Shown here: piece after piece, positions 51,227-61,439 of the stretch
Numbering within the stretch: position 1 is the stretch's first letter
How the letters are laid out: each line of letters opens with the position of its first letter
Assembly: GCA_965199495.1 (NCBI GenBank)
Contig: CBDASK010000003.1
Coordinates: 1,312,001-1,376,000, forward strand
DNA: 64,000 nt
DNA from: Abditibacterium sp.
GTDB taxonomy: Bacteria; Armatimonadota; Abditibacteriia; Abditibacteriales; Abditibacteriaceae
Direction: 5' to 3'
The notes under the pieces: model-generated
What the model was told of the DNA's origin: nothing
Seen by the model: the letters and a program-made list of their open reading frames with translations, nothing else
The model's database searches: none
Program-made: the position numbers and the translations under genes

Positions 51227-51537
51227 TGAAAATATGCCTTTAATCTTAAGTCACTTTTGTCGGTGACAGACTCTCTGGCCAAAGGGATAGAGAGTCATTG
51301 CCATGTATCCATGTATATCACAAGGTCAAGGGGAGGTTCTTGTCAGTCACGGCTATCTTCGGATCTATTCACCGATATTATTGGAATTCAGCCATAATTC
51401 GGTGTTGGGTGAAGGGCGTTAAGGAAGGCGAAAATAACTCAACGCGCTAAACAGGCTGGCTTCCGCCAAAGCATAGCGGGAGCGCGCTCATAGCAGTGTG
51501 CGAGGGCACCCTTTGTAAGAGCGCCCCTTACTACAGA

Positions 51538-53532
51538 CTAACGAAAGATGGTGAACAGACTAGCCGCTCCGAGAGCGTCGCTCAATTGGAAACCGCGTCC
51601 TTTGGATGGGATGAAGAGCACGTCGTTGGGTTGGAGCATCACGTTTTGGGTGGTCGCTCCTTTTTTACCACCGTAGAGGGCTTCCAAGTCAATCGGGATC
51701 GGCGTGACTTGACCGCCTACCACACGGACGATGCGCGCGTCTTTGAGGTCAGCGCTTCCGGCGCCGCGCGTGCCGGTTGGGCCGCCAGCGTTGTTGATGG
51801 CGTTGAGTACGGTGGCATCCGAGGGCGAGTCGGGATAGGCAAACTTGCCCGGCGCGTTGACCTGGCCAACTACGGTGTAGAACACGGTGACTTGTGGAAT
51901 GACCAGCGCGTCGCCCGCTTTTAAGCGGAAGCCGGTGAGCGAAGGTTGATCTTTGGTGCCGCTTAAAAACACGTTCAAATCGAGCGGGATTTTGACGCCC
52001 TGACGCAAAACATAGGCCTTGCTCAGCGCGGCTTTGTCGTTGCCGTTGCCCGCCTGCGCCAACAGCGAAACCACACTTAAATCGTCGGTCAGATTGTAAA
52101 CGCCCGGACGCGCAATCGCGCCACTGACGGTGACTTGATCGGAAATATCGGGCACGCGAATCACGTCGCCGCGCAGCAAACGGAAACTTGAAATTTGCGG
52201 ATCGAGCGCGTTTTCGACCAAAACCGGACGCAAATCCATTTGGATTTGCTTGCCATCACGCAAGACCGAAACGTTGCGCAAGCTGGCATTTTTGGTCGGG
52301 TCGCCCGCTTTGGCGAGGGCCGAGAGCAGAGTTTCGTTGTCGGTTATCGGATACGAACCCGGCGTAGCCACGGCGCCGCTGATGATAACGTTGGAATCGC
52401 GTTTGGGCACGAACAAAACGTCATCGGGCCGCAAAATCGTGTTGTCGGGCGCGGTGCCGTTTTGAATCGCCGCCACGTCAATCGGCGTGATACGTTGCTC
52501 GCCATTGACAACGCGCGTCAGCGTTACTTTGGATAAATCGGCGCCTTCGCCCGGCCCGCCAGCCTGCGCCAAGAGGCGCAAAAGCGTGGCGTCCGCCGGG
52601 TCTTCGGGCAGAGGATAAAAGTTGGGCTGTTTCACTTCGCCGGTCACGCCGATGCGGTCGGTGTTGGCGGGCACCGTCAACACATCGCCCAATTCAAACT
52701 GAAAATTGTTGAGCGGCGAATCAGCCGGAATGCGGCCCGATTCGACGGCGCTCAAATCGAGCGGGATGTTTTTTCCAGCGCGCAAAATGTAGGCGTTGCG
52801 CGCCGATGCGCCCGTTTTCAGACCGCCCGCCTGAGCCAGCAAACTGGCAACGGTCAGGTTTTCGTTCAAATCGTAGTTGCCGGGTACGTTCACGTTGCCG
52901 GTCACGGTGAGTTGTTTGGTGAAATCCTGCGCGTCCAAAATTATCAAATCGTCGGCGCGTAGCGGCAAATTAGCGGTACTCGTCGGATCGGAAATAGCGC
53001 CCGCGACATCAAAGGGAATATCGCGGCCTTGGCGGATAATGCGTCCTTTGATACGCGTGGGTTTGGTAGACAAACCACCCGCCAGACTAATCAAATCAAC
53101 GGCGCGCGTTCCGGTTTTGAATGGATAGGGGCCGGGGGCTTTGACGGCGCCCGAAATGACCGCCTGTTTCAACGCCGCCGCCCTGACGGTGACTTGCACG
53201 CTCGCATTGTTAAGCGTGCGCCCCAAACGGCGCTCGATCTCTTTGGCCAATGCCAACGCGGTTTTCCCCTGCGCCATCACTTCGCCGACACCGGGCACGG
53301 TGATTTTTCCATCGGGGCGCACCACAACTTCGCCTCCGACATCGGGATGATTGGAAACGGTGATTTGCAATGTATCGCCCACACCCAATTGATATTGGGC
53401 GCCCAAAGCGGGCGCAGTCGAGGGTAAGGGCGCGGCCCATGACGGCGTCACGCCAGCGAGGGCACCGCCGCACAAAACTAAAGCCAGCTTCAAGCGGCGT
53501 GGGGGAAAAGATACAAAGAAGAGATGAGACAT
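51538..53532 (-). CDS. wza: Polysaccharide export protein with multiple SLBB repeats (Wza/OPX)
   Basis: Y.LG.GD.L, VRPDGKI, about six V.G.V..PG.Y...AGG repeats; start at MSHLFF. Confidence 0.9.
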   Translation of the reverse strand: MSHLFFVSFPPRRLKLALVLCGGALAGVTPSWAAPLPSTAPALGAQYQLGVGDTLQITVSNHPDVGGEVVVRPDGKITVPGVGEVMAQGKTALALAKEIERRLGRTLNNASVQVTVRAAALKQAVISGAVKAPGPYPFKTGTRAVDLISLAGGLSTKPTRIKGRIIRQGRDIPFDVAGAISDPTSTANLPLRADDLIILDAQDFTKQLTVTGNVNVPGNYDLNENLTVASLLAQAGGLKTGASARNAYILRAGKNIPLDLSAVESGRIPADSPLNNFQFELGDVLTVPANTDRIGVTGEVKQPNFYPLPEDPADATLLRLLAQAGGPGEGADLSKVTLTRVVNGEQRITPIDVAAIQNGTAPDNTILRPDDVLFVPKRDSNVIISGAVATPGSYPITDNETLLSALAKAGDPTKNASLRNVSVLRDGKQIQMDLRPVLVENALDPQISSFRLLRGDVIRVPDISDQVTVSGAIARPGVYNLTDDLSVVSLLAQAGNGNDKAALSKAYVLRQGVKIPLDLNVFLSGTKDQPSLTGFRLKAGDALVIPQVTVFYTVVGQVNAPGKFAYPDSPSDATVLNAINNAGGPTGTRGAGSADLKDARIVRVVGGQVTPIPIDLEALYGGKKGATTQNVMLQPNDVLFIPSKGRGFQLSDALGAASLFTIFR

Positions 53533-53560
53533 AATGAAAAACGGCAAAACGCAGAGACGC

Positions 53561-55834
53561 CTAATTTTCTTTCGGGGCGCGTCCAAACGGGTCTTCGCCG
53601 GTTTCAACGGATTGCGCTTCGAGAGTTTGGGCCGCGCCGTTGCTCGCGCCGTGGCCGTTGTTTTCGGGTGATGTGCCGTTGGGAGTGGCCGCAAGATTGG
53701 TTTTGAGCGAGCGCGGGCCGGAGCCGTCGGAATCGAGCAATTTCTCATTTTCCGACCCCTGTTCCAATGAATAATAACCGCTGTAGTATTCGTAGGAGAG
53801 CGCGCCCTTGCCGTTGTTGACTTTGTTGAAGACGATGCCGATCAAATTGGCGTGCGCCTGGCGCAAGAGTTCGAAGGCGCGCTGGGTGCCCGAACGCGCC
53901 ACGCTACCCATTTGCATCACGAAAACCACGCCATCAACTTTGGCCGCGAGCAACTGCGAATCCGCAGTCGCCAGCAGTGGTGGCGTATCAATAATGACCA
54001 AATCGGCGTCGGCTTCGAGTTCGCGCAATACCGCGTCCATCGCGGGCGAGTTGAGCAGTTCCGCCGGGTTAGGCGGCAACGCGCCCGCACTGAGGAGTCG
54101 CAGACCGGGCACATGGGTTTGCTGCAACGCATCTTTGAGCGCGACTTCGCCCACCAAAACGTTGGTCAGACCGGGCTGACGCTTGCCACCCAGGCGCTCG
54201 TGCATCGTCGGACGATGCAAGTCGGCGTCGACCAAAACCACGCGACGTCCATCAAGCGCCATTGTAATGGCCAGGTTGGAAGTGACATAGCTTTTGCCTT
54301 CGCTGGGGACGGCGCTGGTGATTTGCAGTTTCTTGCCCTGGGTATTGACGAGAGCAAACTGCACGTTGGAGCGCAGAGCGCGGAACGATTCCAGCATCAA
54401 ACGGTCGGGGTTTTCCAGATTAATAATTTGGTTTTGGTCATCGCCGGACAAACGCGGGAAGTAACCCAAAATGGGCGCGCCCAACAGTTGGCGCGCTTCC
54501 TCTTCGTCACGCACGCGATCGTCGAGCGCATCGTGAATCAATGCGGCAGCGCAAGCCAGTAACGCGCCTAAGAAGACCCCCAGGATCAGGCTGCGCTTGG
54601 GCTGGGGCGCGATTTTCTCGGCGGAACCACTGGGCGCAATCGTGGTCACGGGCGCGCTCGCGGCTCCGAGAGCGTTGCTTCTCACGGTCAGATCGCGCAC
54701 GTTGGCGCCGCCGTCTTGCACCGCTTTGCGCGTGGATTCCAATTGACGGTTGAGTTGCGCGCCCTCACGTTGGGTTTGGGTGAAACCTTTGAGTCCCTGT
54801 TCCTGCGCGGCGATTTGCTTTTGCAACTCCCCAATCGCGGCTTGCTGGGCCTGCAAATCGGCGCGCACGCTGGCGATTTTGTTTCGGGTGTCCACAACGG
54901 CAGGGTTGGGCGTGCGGCTGTTGGTGGTGATAGTGGGCGGCGTGTTTGAGATGCGGCGCTCCAAATCCTTGATTTTGGCCGCGTTCTGGCGCATCGGATC
55001 GGCGTTGTCTTTATAAAGGAATGAGAGGCGATTGCGCTCGCTTTTGAGATCAGCCAACTGGTTGCGCAGCAGCTCGATTTGCGGATTGGTCGTGGTAACA
55101 GGCGTATTGATAAAGGGCGGCAAACCGCTGAGTTCGGATTGAAGCGCGGCGATTTGCGCCTGCAAACTGGAAGCATTGGCGCGCGCGCTGTCCAGGGACG
55201 CTTTGCTTTGCGAAAGCGCAGCGATGGCGTTATTGGCTTCGCTATCAACGTCCACGATACCTTTACTGTTTTTGAAATCGGTCAGCGCGCGTTCGGTGTC
55301 CTGCAATTTCTGAGTTTGGGTTTTTAAATCCTGCGTGGCAAAGTTGAGTTGCGCCCTGACTTCGCGTAAGCGGTCATTGCTGCGATTATCCCGATAAACT
55401 TCGGGCAACGCAGCCATGAATTTTTCCACGCCCTCTTTGGACTGTGACACGCCCGTGAGCAAAATCGCGCGTGAGGTTCCTACGCGCGTGGCGGTCAAAT
55501 CGACTGAATTAGGATTGATTTTAGCTTCTTTATAAACACTGTTCAAAATCAACGGCGAAGTCACGAGTTGCATCTGCGTCTCGATCTCCAAATTGGTCTG
55601 CGTATTGAAAATCGCCTCCAGATCACCACTGCTGGAAGAGCTTTTACTCTGATCTTCCAGAATAACAGTCGTCGAAGCGAGGTATTGCGGCTTGGTCAAA
55701 AGCGTCATCAGGATGACCGCCGCCAACACCGCAACAAAAGTGATGAACGCAGTGCTGCGCCGCCGCGAAAGCACGGCCAGAAAATCGCGCAATGACAGCG
55801 AGGGCACCAGAACTTCGGAATCTTCAGTGTTCAT
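53561..55834 (-). CDS. wzc: Polysaccharide copolymerase / tyrosine autokinase
   Basis: Two TM segments around a coiled coil; ESFRALR, TSAVPSEGKS, DADL, IDTPP, Tyr cluster YEYYSGYY. Confidence 0.93.
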   Translation of the reverse strand: MNTEDSEVLVPSLSLRDFLAVLSRRRSTAFITFVAVLAAVILMTLLTKPQYLASTTVILEDQSKSSSSSGDLEAIFNTQTNLEIETQMQLVTSPLILNSVYKEAKINPNSVDLTATRVGTSRAILLTGVSQSKEGVEKFMAALPEVYRDNRSNDRLREVRAQLNFATQDLKTQTQKLQDTERALTDFKNSKGIVDVDSEANNAIAALSQSKASLDSARANASSLQAQIAALQSELSGLPPFINTPVTTTNPQIELLRNQLADLKSERNRLSFLYKDNADPMRQNAAKIKDLERRISNTPPTITTNSRTPNPAVVDTRNKIASVRADLQAQQAAIGELQKQIAAQEQGLKGFTQTQREGAQLNRQLESTRKAVQDGGANVRDLTVRSNALGAASAPVTTIAPSGSAEKIAPQPKRSLILGVFLGALLACAAALIHDALDDRVRDEEEARQLLGAPILGYFPRLSGDDQNQIINLENPDRLMLESFRALRSNVQFALVNTQGKKLQITSAVPSEGKSYVTSNLAITMALDGRRVVLVDADLHRPTMHERLGGKRQPGLTNVLVGEVALKDALQQTHVPGLRLLSAGALPPNPAELLNSPAMDAVLRELEADADLVIIDTPPLLATADSQLLAAKVDGVVFVMQMGSVARSGTQRAFELLRQAHANLIGIVFNKVNNGKGALSYEYYSGYYSLEQGSENEKLLDSDGSGPRSLKTNLAATPNGTSPENNGHGASNGAAQTLEAQSVETGEDPFGRAPKEN

Positions 55835-56463
55835 AATCTGCGGATTTCGCGGTGTAATTTGGGTGGATATAGAGATAGGTGCTCCTTCTTGGATGTATAT
55901 GACCGTTTTCCAAACGGCTTTGTTTAACGTTTGTTCCTATCCGCGCCAAACAACCCACGTTGATTGTAAAGTTGACGCAAACTAAGTAGCGAATTCACGG
56001 CGTTCAGGCGCTAATATTGAGCGACAAGCGGCAATTCGCACGAGGAATTCGCCATAGTTTAAGCCATTGGCATTCCCATCGCCCATGCGCAAGTCATGGA
56101 AAAAGCGGTTTTGGCTCACGATTTTTGTGTTTCCGGCGTTTGATGCCGATTCTCTACGGCATGAACACCGCAATTTTTGACCGTGAGCAGAGGCGAATTG
56201 TCCCAGACAAGCCAAATTTGATTGTCCCAAATTTTGGGTTTATAAATCTAATCTCATGCTTTTGCCCTGGGGCAGTATCGCCTAAGCCGCCAAGTTGCAC
56301 CTGCAAACAGGTAAAATATCTTTCCGTCCTTATGGGCTTTATTGCATGAATCAGAAGCGCAATGGTTTCCACATTTAGCTTGGATTCGGCAGCTTTGCGG
56401 CTGCGCATCAGTTTAAGCGTGAACTTCGCGCTTTTTTGGATTTGTGTAACAAAACCATCCTTT

Positions 56464-58932
56464 ATGCAAATTATAACTCTCCCGACAGAGTGGCAACTGT
56501 GCGCCGTAGGCCGCACCGACCAAGTTCCCGATAACGTTTTAAACCGCGAAATTCCCGCCCAAGTGCCGGGTTGCGTGCATCTCGATTTGATGCGCGAAAA
56601 TTTGATTCCCGATCCATATCTCGATTTAAACGAAGCCTTAGTTCAATGGATCGGCTTCACCGACTGGGAATATTCGACGCGTTTTGAAATCGGCAAAAAC
56701 GATTTAGCCGAAGAACGCGTGGATTTGGTGTGCGAAGGTTTGGATACCATCGCCACGGTTTGGGTCAACGATGTCGAAGTCGGCCATTCCGAAAATATGC
56801 ACGTCGAGCGGCGTTATTCGATCAAAGAGCAGTTGCGCGAAGGTGAGAACACGATTCGGATTCGCTTCGATTCGGCGGTTTATTATGCGCGCGCGCGCCG
56901 CGACGAACTGGGCGATTTGCCGCACGCGAACGTGTCGGGCGCCGAGCCGTTTCACTTCATCCGCAAGAACGCCTGTAACTTCGGCTGGGATTGGGGGCCG
57001 GGCCTTACGACGGCGGGCGTGTGGAAGCCGATTCGTCTGGAGGCGTGGAGCGTCGCGCGCATCAAAAGCGTGCGGCCTCTGGTGAAAGTCGCCAACGAGA
57101 AAGTCGCGGTTGTCGATGTGGAAGTTGAATATGAAACAACGGGCGACTTTACGACTTACGGCTTCTCTGGAATGATTTCAACTGAAGACGCAGATTACAA
57201 TTTTCCTGCGCCAACTTCCGGCGGACGCGATGAGAATAAAGACACTTGGACTTTTTATAATCAAAATCCGAGATTATGGTGGCCCCGTGGCTATGGCGAG
57301 CAGAACCTTTATAATCTTAGAATTTCCATTTCTGGCGAATCAATGAAAAAGTTGGACACGTTCGAGTGCCAAATCGGTCTCCGCGAAGTCGAACTCGACA
57401 CTTCGCCCGATGAGATTGGCGCGGCTTGGACGGTGAAGATTAACGGCAAAGAGGTTTGGTGCAAGGGCGCCAACTGGATTCCCGATGATGTGTTTCTCAC
57501 GCGCGCCAATGATCCGGCACGGTTGCGGGCGCGCTTGACGCAGGCGCGCGACGCGGGCATGAATATGATGCGCATCTGGGGCGGCGGCATCTACGAAACC
57601 GACGACTTTTACGACATCTGCGACGAACTCGGTCTGCTCGTCTGGCAGGACTTTACCTTCGCCTGCGCCGCCTACCCCGAAGATGCAGCCACGGCGGCCA
57701 GCATCGAGGAAGAGGCGCGCTTTAACGTGACGCGTTTGAGCCGTCATCCGAGTCTGGTTTTGTGGAACGGCTGCAACGAGAATATCTGGGGCTACTTCGA
57801 TTGGGGTTGGGAAGCCAAATTGGACGGCAAACCGTGGGGCGCGCTCTATTATTTCGATGTGCTGCCGAAGGTTGTGGCCGAACTCGATCCGACGCGGCCC
57901 TACTGGGCGGGTTCGCCCTTTAGCGGCTCGATGGAGATTCATCCCAACGCCGACGCCTACGGCAACAAGCATATGTGGGACACCTGGAACGACGTGAATT
58001 TCACCTTTTTCAGACGCTATAGTCCGCGCTTCGCCAGCGAGTTCGGCCATCAGGCGCCGCCGAATTACTCGACATTGGCGCGCGCGATTCCCACCGACAA
58101 ACGCGATCCGATGTCGGTTTCGATGCTATCGCATCAGAAAGCGCACGGCGGCAACGAGAAGTTGCACGCGCGCTTGTTGGAACATTTCGCCATGCCCGAA
58201 GGTTTGGACGATTGGCTTTATCTGACGCAATTAGTTCAGGCCAGAGCCATGACGACGGCGTGCGAATGGTTTCGCACGCGCTCGCAGTGCCGGGGCGCGT
58301 TGTATTGGCAACTCAACGATTGTTGGCCGGTGATATCGTGGGCCGCAATTGACGGCGACGGCCAACCGAAGCCGCTGTATTACGCGACGAAACGTTTCTT
58401 TCGCGAGCGATTGCTAACGATTCAGCCGGACGGCGCGGGGCTGGCGTTGTGGGCGCATAATGATAGCGACGAAGTTTGGGTTGATGATTGTTGGATTCAA
58501 CAATATTCGATGGAATATAAACAGATAGAATGGTTTCATCTACCTTTACTCATCCAGCCACGCACCTTAATTAAAGTTGATACATTGGAGCCTTTTGCGC
58601 CAAACAAAGATAGCTTCTTGGTAGCAAACACGAAGGAGGGCGAGCGTTACGGTGAAGCGTTCTGGTTCTTCGACGCCGACAAAAATCTGCGCTATCCCGA
58701 ACCGAAATGGACGACCGAGATTGACGGTTCAACATTGCGCGTCAAAGCGGCGACGTTGTTGCGCGATTTGACAATTAACGTGGATCGGTTCGGCGGTTCT
58801 ATCGCCGAGAATGGCGTGACTCTGTTGCCGGGCGAGACTTGGGAAATCGAGATTACGGGCGCGGATTTGGCGGCGGTGGACTTCGGCGGGCGCCCGATTG
58901 TGCAGTGCGCGAATTGGTATGGGGCGAAGTAG
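56464..58932 (+). CDS. Glycoside hydrolase family 2, beta-mannosidase
   Basis: FGWDWGP, KGANWIP, RIWGGG, WQDF, WNGCNE, SEFG, YWQLNDCWP. Confidence 0.93.
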   Translation: MQIITLPTEWQLCAVGRTDQVPDNVLNREIPAQVPGCVHLDLMRENLIPDPYLDLNEALVQWIGFTDWEYSTRFEIGKNDLAEERVDLVCEGLDTIATVWVNDVEVGHSENMHVERRYSIKEQLREGENTIRIRFDSAVYYARARRDELGDLPHANVSGAEPFHFIRKNACNFGWDWGPGLTTAGVWKPIRLEAWSVARIKSVRPLVKVANEKVAVVDVEVEYETTGDFTTYGFSGMISTEDADYNFPAPTSGGRDENKDTWTFYNQNPRLWWPRGYGEQNLYNLRISISGESMKKLDTFECQIGLREVELDTSPDEIGAAWTVKINGKEVWCKGANWIPDDVFLTRANDPARLRARLTQARDAGMNMMRIWGGGIYETDDFYDICDELGLLVWQDFTFACAAYPEDAATAASIEEEARFNVTRLSRHPSLVLWNGCNENIWGYFDWGWEAKLDGKPWGALYYFDVLPKVVAELDPTRPYWAGSPFSGSMEIHPNADAYGNKHMWDTWNDVNFTFFRRYSPRFASEFGHQAPPNYSTLARAIPTDKRDPMSVSMLSHQKAHGGNEKLHARLLEHFAMPEGLDDWLYLTQLVQARAMTTACEWFRTRSQCRGALYWQLNDCWPVISWAAIDGDGQPKPLYYATKRFFRERLLTIQPDGAGLALWAHNDSDEVWVDDCWIQQYSMEYKQIEWFHLPLLIQPRTLIKVDTLEPFAPNKDSFLVANTKEGERYGEAFWFFDADKNLRYPEPKWTTEIDGSTLRVKAATLLRDLTINVDRFGGSIAENGVTLLPGETWEIEITGADLAAVDFGGRPIVQCANWYGAK

Positions 58933-59023
58933 AGACAGCGATTTATCGTGTCTAAAACGTCGGAGTTGCTTCAATTGTAGAAGAGAATCGAATATTTTAG
59001 ACACGACAAGTCGGTGTCTCTAC
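58929..59023. repeat. GTAG-type REP doublet
   Basis: GTAGAGACAGCGATTTATCGTGTCTAAAA ... TTTTAGACACGACAAGTCGGTGTCTCTAC. Confidence 0.85.
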
Positions 59024-59107
59024 AAGGCGCAGTAACACCAATTCGTAACGCAACGCCTCGCCAACGCCACGGGAAAACGCCAAACTGGTCGAAACTTAAA
59101 ATAGCCA

Positions 59108-61420
59108 ATGTCCTTTCGCAGCAACTTATCTCCCGACCAGAAGATGATCATCATCGTGGCGATCTGGGCGCTTGTCATCGGCGCGACCGCCATCACGCTT
59201 TACGAACTCACGCCGCCGCCCGCTCCGCCAACGCCCGTCGTGCCCGCCACCGTCGGTGAATCGGCGCCCGCGACTGGCGAAGAGCGCGTTTTCACCGCGC
59301 CCGGCGCGCCCGCGCCGAGCGAAACCCCCGCGCCCGACGCGCCGAATCAGCCACAAGTTTTTACCGCGCCCGGCGCACAGCCACCGGGCGCGCAACCGCA
59401 AAGCGGGCCGGGCGGAGCGCCGCCGAACAATGGGCCGCGCATCGCCAACAATTCGGGCATGGGCAATCGCCCGATGCCGATTCCGCAAATGCAGCCACCG
59501 CGTTCGATGAATGCTGGCGGCCCATTGCCGATGCTTCCGCCGCCACCGGGCGCGAACCGCAATCGGCCTTCGACGCCGCAGGTCAACGCGGGCGCGCAAC
59601 AGGCGTTCGAGGCGGGCAACGCGGCGTTGCGCGCGGGCGATAAGAACAAAGCCGCGTCCGAGTTCGCACGCGCGGTGCAGTTGGCGCCCGATAATATGCC
59701 GTCGCGTTTGAATTTGGCGAGCGTTTATTTGGACTTGAAGCAACCGGACAAAGCGATTCCGCATTTGCGCGAAGTCGCCACGCGTGACCCGAAAAACGCG
59801 GGCGTGCAGTTCACCCTCGCGCGCGCACTGTTGTCGCAAAAGCAGTTGGACGAAGCCCTGCCCTATCTGCGTAAAACCGTTCAGTTGGCGCCGCAAGAAC
59901 GCGAAGCGAAAGTTTTGTTGGCGCAGGTTTTGTTCGATAAAAAGCAGCCGCAAGAATCTTATAAACAGTGGGCGAGTTTGGCGCAGCAAAATCCCAAAGA
60001 CCTCGAAGCGCAGATGCAAGCGGCGGGTTTGGCAAACGACGTTTTGAAGCAACCGGCGCAGGCAGAAAAGTGGTTGCGCCGCGCCGTGGCTGCCGCGCCG
60101 CGCGCGCCGCAACCAGCATTGATGTTGGGCCAAATTTTGTTAAGTCGCAAAGACGCCAAAGGCGCCGCCGCCGTTTTAACCAAAGCCGCGCAAGCCAATA
60201 CGGGCGAGTTCGCGGTTTATCCGTTATTAGCCGACGCGCGCACGGCGGCGGGCGATACCAAAGGCGCGGCGAGCGCGCTGCAAAGCGCGTTGGGCAAATT
60301 GCCAAGCGGCAAAACCGACGCGCAACGCGCCAATATTCGCGCGACCGAAGGGGCGCTTCGTCTGGCTCTGGGCCGCACTTTGGGCGCGGATAAACAGAAT
60401 AAAGAAGCGCGCGTCCAATTCGATAAAGCGGCGGCACTCTTGCCCAAAGACCCGCAGCCACGCGCGCTGGGCGCCATTGCGGCGCTGCAACTCAAGGACG
60501 ATGCGGGCGCGATTAGCGGTTTCAAAAGCGCTTTGGCGCTCGATCCCAAGCGCGCGCAAGACCGCAAAACTTTGGCGCAGTTGTTGGCGCAAAACAAACA
60601 GTGGAAAGAGGCCGACGCGCAGTTCGCGACCTACGCGCAGAGCCAGCCCGGCGACGCCGACGCGTTGTTGCAATGGGCGAGCGTCGCCGACCAACTCAAA
60701 GACCCGGCGCGTTCGGCGCAGGTTTTGGGCAAAGCCGTCCAAGCCGCGCCCCGCAACGCGGCGGCTTGGACGCAGTTGGCACTGGCCCAACGCGCAAGCG
60801 GCGATAAAAAAGGCGCGTTGGCTTCGTTTAACCAACTGAATAAATTGAAGCCAAACGACGCCGATTCGCTTTACGAAACCGCGCGATTGCAAAGCGAATT
60901 GGGCGACAACACAGCGGCGTTTAGCAATTTCAAAAGCGCCATCGCGGCGCGTCCCCAAGCGACCGAGGCGTATGGGGCGATGCTCGAAGCCGCCGACAAA
61001 GCCGGGCAAAACGCGAGCGCGCGCCAGTTTTTGGTGAGCCAGATGGCGAAAAAAGAGAACGTCGCCGCGCTCAAACAGGTGTTGGATTTTTATCAACGCA
61101 AAAATCAGAGCGCACAGGCGCGCGATTTTTTGACCGACTTAGTCGCGCGCGCGCCCAAACAAGATGCTGCCCGCACCGCGCTCGACGCAATGAAAGGCGC
61201 GTCTGCCGCGCCCGCCTCGGCGCCGTTGCCGACCAAAACGCCGCCGATAAAATTAGCCGCCGTTCCCACGCCGGAGCCGACTGCGACACCAATGGTGCAA
61301 CCCGCGACGCAACCGGTGGCTGTGCCGACGATGAAATCGGTTATCGCGCCGCGCAAAGCGGTGAAGCATCAGGCAATCTCTCAAGATGTTCCGTTGGTTT
61401 CGACACAACCGACGCCTTAA
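59108..61420 (+). CDS. Membrane-anchored multi-TPR protein with Pro-rich linkers
   Basis: N-terminal TM helix, Pro-rich region, many TPR repeats. Confidence 0.88.
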   Translation: MSFRSNLSPDQKMIIIVAIWALVIGATAITLYELTPPPAPPTPVVPATVGESAPATGEERVFTAPGAPAPSETPAPDAPNQPQVFTAPGAQPPGAQPQSGPGGAPPNNGPRIANNSGMGNRPMPIPQMQPPRSMNAGGPLPMLPPPPGANRNRPSTPQVNAGAQQAFEAGNAALRAGDKNKAASEFARAVQLAPDNMPSRLNLASVYLDLKQPDKAIPHLREVATRDPKNAGVQFTLARALLSQKQLDEALPYLRKTVQLAPQEREAKVLLAQVLFDKKQPQESYKQWASLAQQNPKDLEAQMQAAGLANDVLKQPAQAEKWLRRAVAAAPRAPQPALMLGQILLSRKDAKGAAAVLTKAAQANTGEFAVYPLLADARTAAGDTKGAASALQSALGKLPSGKTDAQRANIRATEGALRLALGRTLGADKQNKEARVQFDKAAALLPKDPQPRALGAIAALQLKDDAGAISGFKSALALDPKRAQDRKTLAQLLAQNKQWKEADAQFATYAQSQPGDADALLQWASVADQLKDPARSAQVLGKAVQAAPRNAAAWTQLALAQRASGDKKGALASFNQLNKLKPNDADSLYETARLQSELGDNTAAFSNFKSAIAARPQATEAYGAMLEAADKAGQNASARQFLVSQMAKKENVAALKQVLDFYQRKNQSAQARDFLTDLVARAPKQDAARTALDAMKGASAAPASAPLPTKTPPIKLAAVPTPEPTATPMVQPATQPVAVPTMKSVIAPRKAVKHQAISQDVPLVSTQPTP

Positions 61421-61439
61421 CGCTCGTTCTAAAACTCCC

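Noticed and set aside
55982..56516. Small ORFs and the N-terminal extension of the GH2 gene in the wzc-GH2 gap
   Set aside because: No protein-like signal; more likely a divergent promoter region.
356..59023. Possible CRISPR array among the repeats
   Set aside because: The repeats are dispersed inverted pairs with no regularly spaced direct repeats and spacers; no cas genes seen.
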